Positions 12,301 through 24,300 of a DNA stretch of 64,000 nt are shown here, piece by piece. The translations under genes were made by a program, and so were the position numbers. Each line of letters starts with the position of its first letter. Position 1 is the stretch's first letter. Under the pieces are notes generated by a model, which was given only the letters and a program-made list of their open reading frames with translations, made no database searches and was not told the DNA's origin. The DNA is from Bispira polyomma (Eukaryota). The stretch covers positions 70,060,001 through 70,124,000 of the forward strand of contig OZ287751.1 in NCBI GenBank assembly GCA_965649765.1. The letters are read 5' to 3'.

Positions 12301-15300
12301 TTTTCTGAATCTGTACAATCTGAAAGAGTTACATTGGAAGACTGTTTAATAAAAGCTTTAGAAAATTGTCACAGAAGCAAATATACAAACTAAAAGAATA
12401 GTTCTTGATTACATGTACTTCTTTCTGATATTCATCACAAAAATATAAACTGATGAAATACATAGCACTCATTGAATTTTAAAAAGAAAAACCATCGTCG
12501 GTAACTAAAGGAAATGATTTTGGGAATATAAGGTTCCAGATAGCTGGAGTCACGACAACACACATTGCAGAGTACTTCCATTATTTAATAACTGCCTATT
12601 TTTTAAACGCGGAGGTCTGCTGTACTGACAATTTCCAATTTGGGAGAAACTGAAAAAAAATCAAATCATATTTTTGGGGTTTTGACTGCTTCTCGATAGA
12701 CATAGGTTCTGTGGGTAAGAAATGGGGTTGAAAGGGTTAAATAATAACTCCCTCGTAACTTCCTGGTGTCATATTTACAATAAAGGTTCTAGTCTCTTTT
12801 TTTTGTCAACATTATAGATAATTTCAGAAAATACCATAATAAACAGTCTTTACAAATAGAAATAAAATCCTATAGCCTCTGATGATGGTGGTAGATATTT
12901 CCAGTCCACAATAAAATGTTTGTACTGGCATTTTTATGTGTAAACATCTTAACTGTAATGTTAAAAATGTTTAGACTGGAAATAGGACTTGACCAAATTT
13001 ATAAACATTGACAACACACCATAAGAAATTAGAGGACTTTTAGCTGGAATAATGGCGAGCACTGACAGATGCAATCCATTATTATACCAGAAAGTCCGTC
13101 ATTTAATTGTGTTTATGAAGTCTGCAACCTTGATGACTTTATTTGTACAAGAAAAAGTTAAAATCAATCCAGTAAGTACAATACTGAAAGAACGGACAGG
13201 GATAAAGTGTGTCTTATTAAGGAATTAAATAAGTATAAGTAAGTTTCTCCTGTAAACTTTGTTAATTTGAAGTTTAAGGAGCAGATGACAGTTTAAAATA
13301 ATGAAAGTGAAGGTGGAGAGAAATAGAATTATTATATGTGCTTAAGTAGCAGAGATAATGGTCATCATATTAAAAACATATTAATGTATTGATTTATACT
13401 TTGATAAAATTCTACCTACATTGTGATGCTCAGGTTTTGGTTTTACTCAATAAACTATAGTGATAATTATAGTCATATATGTATTATAGACAGCACAAAC
13501 CAAAAAAAAATATTACATGCAGTTAGAGAATAGTCAAGCCTAGTTAAGACAAAGAAAATATTAAAGTAAAAAAATACATGCAATTCAAAAGAAGATATTA
13601 AATGAAACAATAGAAACAATATACTGAAGTAAAATAAATCATGCCAAAAAAACCCAGTAGAGTGTAGTTTAGAAACAATAGATTGAAGTGAAATTATACA
13701 TGCGGTTAGATAGAAAATAAGTAAAGTTTAGCTTAGAAACAATAGCATGATGTAAAGTAAGACATATAGTTAGATAGAAAACAATTAAAGCCCAGTTAAG
13801 AGACAGTAGTATGAAGTAAAGTAAAACATGCAATTAGAAAAGAAATAAAGTCCAGTTTAGACACAACCGACAGATGCAGTCAGATAGAAGCGAAGTAAAG
13901 TCTATTTTAGACCAAATAGATTAAAGTATTATGCAGTTCGAAAAGAAGTAAGGCCCAGTTGAGACACGATAGTATGATGTAAAACAATACATGCACTTGG
14001 ATACAAAAAGAAGTAAAACCTATTTTAGACCAAATAGGTTAAAGTAAAATAGCACATGCAGTTAGAAAAGCAGTAAAGCATATAGTTTAGATGCAACAGA
14101 ATGAAATTAAATAATAGATGCAGTTAGACAGAAAAGAAAGAATTAATACCCAGTTTAGATTCAAAAGATTGAAGTAAAATAATAATACATGCAGTTAGAC
14201 AGAGGAAAAGCCTATAGGTCAAATACAAAAGAATGAAACAAGGTATTACATGCAGTCAGACAGAAAAGAAAGAAATAATGCCCAGTTTCGAAAAAAACTA
14301 GATTGAAGTAAAATCAGACATGTAATTGTACAGAAGAAAAGTAAAGCCTATTTTCAAAAATAAAATATTAAAGTAAGGACAATAGTGGAGTCTACTTTAG
14401 AGACAATAGATTGAAAGTAAAATAATACAACGTGCAGTTAGACAGAAGTTTAGACATAATAGACTGAAGTAAAATATAATACATGCAGTTAGATAGAAAA
14501 AAGGAAAGCCTAATATAGTCAGAATAGACTGAAACAAAATGATACATGCAGTTAGAAGTGAAGTAAAATCTATTTTGGACAACATAGACTTAAGTAAAAT
14601 AATACACGCAGTTAGATAGAAAAGAAGAACAACCCAGTTTAAATACAACAGATAAAGTCTTAATGGCAGAAAGTGACTCACAGATCAAAGTGAGGAGCAG
14701 AAAGTGAAAGTATGCAGAAGAATAGAGAAATAATTTCAAATTGAGTGTGAGGCTTTCCACTTTAGCATATTATGTTTTGATGGGCAGTTTTGTAAGTGGA
14801 GGAAAGTAGAGCAACGTAGTCGGTCCAGATTTCTGAACTGCAAACCACTGGTCTTCATCGCATCTGCTGCCAACTTTCCCACATACATATATTAGAGGCA
14901 AAGATTCACACCAAGGACTGCAGAAGTGTTGTATGGATACTTTTTTTATTGAACAGAGTACCCTGCATTGTGAGACTTAAAGTATTAGTTTTCCTTTGCT
15001 TGACTGCACAATTACAGACAACCAGCACCAGTATTGCATTTTATATTTTTAACTTGCTTTATTGATGTGAGGCATCTTCTAAAGTGAAGCATCTGAATCA
15101 ATCAACCAATCACCTGTCCTACAACATAGCCTGGGTTGTCCTCAGTAGGCAATGGTTCACATCTTGCCCAAGGATGTCATTCCACCAGTGAACCTAGCAG
15201 TCTTAGCAGGAGTCCAATCAGAGACCTTCTGATCACCAAACCAACTCCCCTGACCATGAGTCGAACCGAGAATGTTCTGATCACCAGACCAACTCCATAA

Positions 15301-18300
15301 CCACAAGACCACAGGAGACTGTCATTTATCTGACCAAATACAGAGGTTTCTGGATGACACCATTTATCAATGTCCCGAAGGTTCTTTGGCCTGCCTCTGT
15401 GGAAAAGATCCAATGGCAGGAGGACTGCCATTTCATTTGAAGCTACCATAATCTACCTGTACATGGGAGTCCTAGGCTGAGGTTGAACTGTTTCACCTCA
15501 CTTTCAACAACTGGAAGAAACAGACTTTCTTTTTCTCCGTAAAACCCCACCAAGAGGGCTGGATTTAGAGCTTTCTCTATTGCTGTCCCTATGTTATGTC
15601 AATAGTTGGTAAATGTTATTAGCAGTAAAAACTACTAGCCTTCAGCAAGTCTACTACCAGTTGTTATTTCCCACATACACATATATGCCAGTGTGGACTG
15701 TAGAGGTGGGAGGAGCAAGTATGTTAGTTAAAGTAATAGTATTTAGTCCAGATTAATTTAGATGTTTAAAGTACATGTATTTAAACATCACTTCAGTTGC
15801 TGAAACCTTTATTATAACAGAAAGCATGAATTAAAGTACATGTATGTGTATTTAAACTTCTTTCAGCTAAAAGTTGCTGAACGCATTTAACATAAGAGAA
15901 AGCATGCATGCAGAGTTAAGTTACAAAGAGAAACTCGATCTCAGTGACAACAGAAAAGAAGTGTAGAAATACTCTGAAGAATAAAGAAAAAGTAAAAACG
16001 AAGACAAGAGGAATAGAAAAGGAGACAAATAGACCATGAGAACTATAAAGACACAACACTGAACCTATCAGTTTACCCTTTTGCTGTTCCACCATGTGTG
16101 ACACTTAAATAGAAATGACAGTTGATATCATATGATAAAGTTCATTATTTACATCTAAATACAAGCTACTAAATACATATATACACATATAGATACTGTA
16201 AAATATATATGTATATATAAATATATATAAGGTGAATACTCAACCGTGCTAACACAACGATCACCATACTTTTGTAGCTACTAATATATATTATTAACTT
16301 TCAGCTTCAGCCAGAAAATATGGCTATTGTAGGAAAATATACAATGAAAACACTCCTTTTTAAAAAAAATTTAATTCAACATTAAATATTTATTAAATCT
16401 ATGTTTTTTTGTATAAAATGCATAATGTTCTTGAACTACAAGGTTAACTAACAATGTAAATACATTACAAAAATTATATAAATACATGTACACAGGCATT
16501 CAAGTTTTTAAGAGGGAAACATGAAAAGTATTATCACAAACAGAGACAAGTTTAAGAATATGAGTTAAGTTTCCTTTAATTTTACAAAAATTTGTATTTA
16601 AAAAAAAAAATACTCATGGAATGGTCTAATGACCTGACAGGTGTTATGAATGCCTGGGTTTTGTTGTTATCAATAAGTAAAGAGCCTGAGGGTGCCTTTC
16701 CCAATGTTAACAAGAGAAAGTGACCTTGCGGTCACAAATCTCAGAGACATGTATCTATTTTTCAAGCTGTCTATCTAAAAGTAAACCAATATTGAATTGA
16801 ATATATTATACACTGTATTATTATGCCATGTTGGTTCTATGTACATGTAGTAACAAATCTCACACTCGCTAGGTGGCACTTGCGATTTGCTAGAAATAAG
16901 CTAGCCGCTGATTGGTTGTCACCGGACAACTCCTCGATTTTGAACCAATGAAAATGTAGAAGACAAACTGTGACTGTAGTTTAATATTTTAGAAGCTGCG
17001 CACAGTATAATATTTGGATGTTTTGTTTACATATCAGCGGTGACCGTATATAAATAAAAACTACATATTGGCAAACGCCATAACGGACCGAATCGTCTGG
17101 CTACCAAAGGTACAGTGTCTAGTATCTTCTATTTTCGCTCACGCTCACAGACCGATCAAACAAACCACTTACCAAATAGTCAAAGCTATATTCCGCCATT
17201 GATGCTACACAAATAAAAAGCCATAATATCCTTTTATAAACCATGTCAAAGCACTGTTAGGGGATTATGTAATCCGCCATTGTCACTGAAGTAAAACAAC
17301 TGAAAGGCTGTCATATCCCAACTTCCCTTACAAAACCTGATCAGCCGCCATAAAGGTGTGGTTATTGCTTGGAAATCCCCATGCTTTTAGAGATGGTCCT
17401 AATTTTCAACCAATCCCGTCTCGCCTAGGGTAAATTATGTGTACCGACCTCTGGCGGAGCGAACCGAAATTATTCTAATTAAAATCAATATAAGAAAAAA
17501 ATGGTGTACAACGAGACGGGGTTACTTAGTTAATTATGTTAAAAAATAAATTGTTATAAAACGAGTAATATATATTCTTTCATATATCTATATACTTTGC
17601 ATATACCTTCAAATCTGTTCATATGTTTGCTTTCATATAATTTTATATTCACTATGTTTCTTCCTTGTATATATTCTAGCATATCACCATTAAAGTAGAC
17701 AGATAAATGTACACAGATAAACATGTGTTGATGAATCTTGTAATATACTCGGCATCGCTTTGAAGTAAAAATAAGGTCTCAGATGGGGTGAGTTCCTGAT
17801 TGGCGAAATAAAAAACGATTAATATTGTCTCACATTTGACCTTAACGCGCATGCACATGGGAAACCGGCTATATGTTTACATATTATTTGATACTACAAA
17901 TATGGTGGTTTCAAAAGCTACAGAAGTCTCGCAAACTAAACAAATTTGAATAGATTAAAGCCACTATATGAGCAGATAAGGTGATATTTTGTCAAACTGT
18001 CATATAATAATAATGTTTTTATTGAATTAAGGCAATTTCTTGGCTTTTCGCCATTTCTCGCCCATCTTTTTGAAAAATAGAATTCATCTTCTGTTTAAGG
18101 TCTTCCTTGTACACAGTGTGGCGCCATCTAGCGGTCGAGACTAAAGTTAGAAGGCGTGCGTTCACGCAAGTTAGAAGAAAAATTAGAAGAAATGAATTTT
18201 TCCGTCAGTATGGGTGTATATATATTGTATATATATCCCCAACCCTAGTTTTTGTCACATATATATATACCTATTGAAACCTACGAATCTGACTGGCCCC

Positions 18301-21300
18301 ACGAAAAATGGACATAACAAAATATGCGATAATTGCGAGGTCAAAAGTTAAATTTTATTTTACAAACAAAATAAAAAAATAAATAGATATATTAATGCTT
18401 CTGACTCGTCCTTAGTACCAACCACATGTAACTGCCAAAAATTAACTTAAAATAATGAACGGAACTGGTAGATGGTGCTGTCTACAGACAAAAAACATCT
18501 TCCTATTACATGATCTCGGCGGGCTTCCGCGCTCCGAGATAACAATACATGGCACACGTTTTAAAAGTTTCTTTAAAAATTACAATGCAAAGAGAAAATA
18601 TTTTATATATCAGTAATATTTGCTAGAACAGGTTTGTATTTTGTAAAATACATAAAGTGAAGCACTTCACACACAAACAAGTTTTGAGGGCACAACATCT
18701 CGAAGGTTTTCTGCACAAGGAACCACTGGGAGCTGTGTGTTAAAGGATTAATGGGAAAAGTGTAAATTTTTAGTAGTGTGCATAGTAGTGTTGACTTACT
18801 TGGCACTCATGACCCCGCCCAGTCCATATTCATCCTCCATCATGTAGATAGGTATACTCACATTCACATCTATAGCCGTAATAACTGGTAAGTAAAAATA
18901 CAGAAAAAGAAATTACTAAAACAGACTACAAAATAGGACTGAAAGACTCTTCTAAGTAGCGTAGATTCCTCTTTAATGCTTAGATCAATTACTGGCAAGC
19001 TTTGGAGTCACATTGTGTAAAATGTGACCACAAAATTGGTATTATATGGTCAAATTTAGTCTCAGAATTGAGGTCATGGACCTATATTTTTCCAAGGAAA
19101 AAACTTTTTCTAAATTTGTCTTAAGACTTTAAACTGAAGTCAAGGAAGCCCTTATTTAAATGGATATAATCTCTCAGTTAATATGGTTTTCAATACTACA
19201 TTCAAATATTTTCCTCAATTTTATCCTTGGCAGAAACACAGGGACCTAGCCTGTTACTTGAGAAAAATAAACAAACCTGGGCCACTAATCTATAAACAAA
19301 GCAAACTTAGGACATACACAATTTTCAAAACTCAATATGCTGTCAAACTCTATCCAGATCCCAAAGATCACTAATTGCTCAACTTAGGAGTGGGACTCTC
19401 CCTCTTAAAATAGAAGGCATGAGATTTGGAAAAATGTATAAGGTCAAAGAGAAACTATGTAAATTTTGTGATGAAATTGAGGACGAAAGACATTTTGTTT
19501 TTGAATGTAAACCCTTTTATGATGGTAGAGTAGACTTTATCAATAGTATGAACATTAATTTGATTAATTTTAATGAGTTAAGTATTTGTGAGAAATGGAA
19601 AATGGTTATGTGTAAAACAAACATTTATAAACTAAGTAATATATGTACAAACCATATTTGTAAGTGAGACAAAATATGTTGCACTCAGCTTAAGTTAATG
19701 TTTGGTTAATAAAGTATAGGTTCAGTTTTATTAAAAACTATTTTTATAGTCAATGGTATGTTATATTATATTACCTGAAACGTTTCCTTATTATTCTGTA
19801 ACTTGATTGTAAAGTAAAATATCCTTTACCTTTCATATAGTAATAATATACTAGAAACGTCTTCTCGGCTCTGATAGCCCGCGGAAAGGCCTATCGGGTT
19901 AAGGACGCCGGGAGGTCGGATCTAGTATATTGTAATTTTTTTATATGATATTCTACATTTTATGTTTCATTATGATACCAAAAACCTTTCCTTTCCAATA
20001 TATAAATCAAGTGCTAAGTCAAATTTCCTAACTTTTATATAATAATAGTATGCTAGAAATGTCTTCTTGGCTCTGATAGCCTGCGGCAAAGGCATCAACA
20101 AGTTAAAGATGCTCGGAAGTCGGATCTGGCATACTGTTATTTTATATGTCTGATATTATACATTGTATGCTAATATCATATTAATGCTGTATTTGTACAT
20201 TTAACCTATTTTAACAGGTAAACTCTCTCATAAGCCACAAGTGGCTGGCTGGGTCTAACATTTTGTAAATTGTATTATGTGTTTATATTTACCAGTTGAG
20301 AGTATAATAAAAATCTATCTATCTATCTATCTTCAGGCCCTGGTGCTTACTTGAGCTGGAGTGTGAGTTAAGAATTTGCCAAAGTTTTTGTATATTATGA
20401 AAATGCATCAGAATCCTCCACCATTATAGGAAATTCTAATCCAGACAACATGAATGAAAATATCCGACATAGGCCCCTCATGGTCTAGTCATTAGGGAGT
20501 TGGTCTGATGATCAGAAGGTCCTGGGTTCAATTCCCAGTACTGGCCACTAGTTTCATGGGTGGAATAACATCCTTGGGCAAGATCTGTACACACGTTTGG
20601 CTAGTGGCTCGGATGACCACTTAAAATGGCTGTCCACTGCTGATAGGACCCAGTGACAGGCTAAAGATCCTTGGGGACATTGATAAATGGTCATGCTAAA
20701 GCCTCTCTCTTCAGTCAGGGGAATGACAGTAACTGAGGCAGTTGACTGTTGCAGTCAAGAAAGGGTTATTAAGCATAATAAATACCAGATGAAAGTAGAT
20801 ATAAGTGCTGAGTATAAATCTGATTACAATTCAATTACAATTTACATTTTTAAGACAAGTAAAACTTGAAAAGAAAACTTACAGAATTCATCCACTCTGA
20901 AAGGCTCCTCATATGTGTAACCCTAAAATAGATAAACCATCAATAATAAGAATAGTGGTACTTTAAAACTTACAATGTCTATAGTTTATAAGTATGTATT
21001 TTCTTAATGTACATATTCAAAAAAATTTTCTTACCTTTTATGTAAATTACCGTAAAACTAAAAAATTCAGCTAGACAGAAAATTTACTAATTTATCATTT
21101 TTGTAAAGATATTTACCTCAATTAATTTTCAAAAGATTAAGACAAAGTTAAATTTCTAATTGGAATACATTTTTACTATCTAAACTTACGAGCTAAATTA
21201 GCTAAAAAAATAGTTCATAGTAAAAATTGTCACTACTGTAGTATAATTTTTAACACATTCATATAAAATCTATTTAAACTGACAAAAGATGACATGATAT

Positions 21301-24300
21301 AATTGATTTTTAATGCGTCTAATTGATGCCAGGCATCTTCTAAAGCGCGACATCCTTGACACAATTGTTAAAATCGTAGTCCGTTTCCAATGCAAATTCG
21401 TGATCGGGTGGAGATGTGGAGGAGAATGAAATCCATGGAGAGTAAGCGAGGGTGAACAGATGGGTCTTAAGGATACATCTAATACCAGAGATAGTTTTTC
21501 TGGGATCTTATATTGGGCAGTAAATTATTCCATGGAGTAAACGGCTGAAAAGAGAAGACAGAGGACCCAATTATTTACTAGTTCTAGTATCAGAGATTTA
21601 ACTTCTGTTTTCCCTGCTAAGCCTGCTAAAATACAACAATAAGGCAAGATATGGAGGCTGACAAAAGTTTACAGCTTTGTATGTACGTAGTAACATTGGT
21701 GTTGATACTGATGCGGTACTGAAGATTTGTAATTTACACATATTGATCTATTCAATTCCTCTAGATAATTTGAGTTTCTCACTATGTGTATAATCTGTAC
21801 ATGTGTACAATAAAGTACAATGTATATAAGTATAATAGAGTTTCACTTACAAAGGCCTGCACTTGTATTTTCCACATTCCATAGTGAGGCTGTTCAGATA
21901 ATGGAAACTCCATATTCAACACACCTAGAATGAAAGACTAGATAATGTCATAAACATGCAATATTAATAAACCATATTTGAATTTCTTTAGTTTTAGTTT
22001 ATTGAAAATAGAGTCAACTCAACACCTTTTTGTTTTATAACAAATAATCATCATTTATTGTAAAGCACATTTGGAAAGAATGAAAGAAAGCAATGTAAAC
22101 CACCAGACTTAAGCAAGTCAACTGCCAACTGTCACAGATGCATATATAGGGCCAAGGAGATTTGGACCTATGACTGCAAAGGGTGGGAGACATGAGTGTT
22201 ACCAAGACACCTAAACTAGGTTACACTTATATATACAGTACCATCTTCTATTATCCAAATATTTGAATTTATAAACTCATTTCCACTCTCCCAACCCAAT
22301 GCATTGCTATTGTTTTTCTACAGAAAGGCCTCTTTCTATTTTATGAACCTTCTATTATCCAAACAAAATCAATTTCTCCCAAACTGTTTGGATAATAGAC
22401 GTTTTACTGTCTATACTTAATTCAGATTAAAACATGTACCTCCAGCATTGGTTTGCATAGACAGCCAGCGTCTTACAATTGTATTGGTTGAGTCCTAGGA
22501 AATACATAGAAAATCATGTAATATAGAAATCTGACTCTGATATTTACCAACACTTGAAAATTTGTTTTAAGTAGAATCAGACACAATATTCACTTAGTTT
22601 TATATTACCAGGCAAGGACGGCTGATATTTTAAATAACTCTACTCAAGTACTGCAGCAAGTCATGGTTTTTATTTCAGTAACAACTCCTTACATAAATAG
22701 GAAAATAAGAAAGATTTCATGTATTTATTTTGGAAAACTGAGATGGACGGACTGGCTTCGATGTCTGAAGAAAGAGAATTCCACAAAGCTAGTGCAGTGT
22801 GAATCAAGGTTTTAGAAAAATATTTCCGACTTCTATATCCCCTTTTCTGTGCTTGGAAACTTTGAAATTTGTGGTTTCGGTTGCTCTACAGAATTAAAAC
22901 GTTTCACCCATTATTGATTGTAAAATTCCTAGGTCAATGTACACAGGTACTGTTGGGTTTGAGCGAGGAACCCTCTCTATAATTTTCCTTAACTTCATCT
23001 TCCTTCCTGAACCATCTACAGTGGGCTGTGTGAGGGGTATGTATTAAGCATGGTCACCTCAGCATGGCCCAGAAAACTTTTCACCCATTTCTAAGTATTT
23101 CCGTGTCACCACTCTAAGTCTTCTGTCACAGTAATCATGTGTTTACACCTGTTTCCGACTATTTCCGAGTATTTCGGTATCACTACTGTAAAATTTGCCA
23201 TACCAGTTATTGTCTGTATCCATATGTAAAACTTATCTGGACAAATTGTTTACTTCATATGAAGGGGGTATATTTTTTCCCTAAATGGAACAGCCGGTAT
23301 GACAGGCCGAAAGACAAGTTACAATACCTTATGGTACCGCCTACCATACCGCCAATGTGCGAACGGGACATAAGAACCATTTAGTGGGATGGCAAGTGAC
23401 AAATGTATACAAACAGTAACTGCACAGAATGACCCTTACCACAATGTACACATCCATGGATCCACTGCGAGACATGAGATTCTTTTCAATTGGCATTATT
23501 CTAAATAAAACTGAAACAATAGCCACAAAAAAACAACATTAAAAAGAAACCTTGGAATCAATTCAATCAAGGACTTTGCTCCACAATCATTTCCAATAGT
23601 GCTTTAATAGACAATTTTATACACTGGAGTTTTTTTACAATGCAAATAGCCACTTATTTCCTAATTTATATTTTCTATGAAGGTTGCAGGAACCTTGTAA
23701 TGATTAACTCTACATCTATTACCAGTATAACATCACAGTTTAGAGGAGAGTCAGTGGTAAATAAATGACTTCTGTATATAAACAACACACAATGTGGTGG
23801 TACTGTACCAGTTACCAGGACCAAGTTACGCCCACCCAGATTGAAAGAGTCAATATTTATTTGTAGGTTTATTAATTTTCAACACTAATGCTAGCATTTT
23901 ATACATGACAATATAGTAGTGGTTTCTCACAGAAACAGTGTGTGCTTGCGTCATTTGTAAACTAACATTTTTTACAATCATTTTACAAAGTGAGCGTAAA
24001 CTGGACTCGGGCGTGAACTGCTATAGTACCACTACATGTATATGCAGATTTATATTCTTGCTTGCTCAGAGAGAAGCCAACATATTCAATTCATTAATGT
24101 TTTTATCAACTTAATCTAAAACTGTACTTGTTATTATGTAAGGCTTTATAAACATTATAAGCTGTGAAATTGGAGGACAATAAAATAACCAAAAAAAAAA
24201 AAAACAACACACAACTGTTTGGGCATTTATTTTGTCCAGAAAACAATGTAAGAATTCAAATTTCTATCATGATTGGCATAGTGATTGAAAGACCCTATAA

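Noticed and set aside
14397-14681. 94-aa hydrophobic ORF
   Set aside because: Translation of the T-rich strand of the degenerate tandem repeat.
19851-19925. Hammerhead ribozyme (GAAAC-GTC..CTGATAG)
   Set aside because: The core is CTGATAG rather than CTGANGA, and stems I and II do not form in the required topology.
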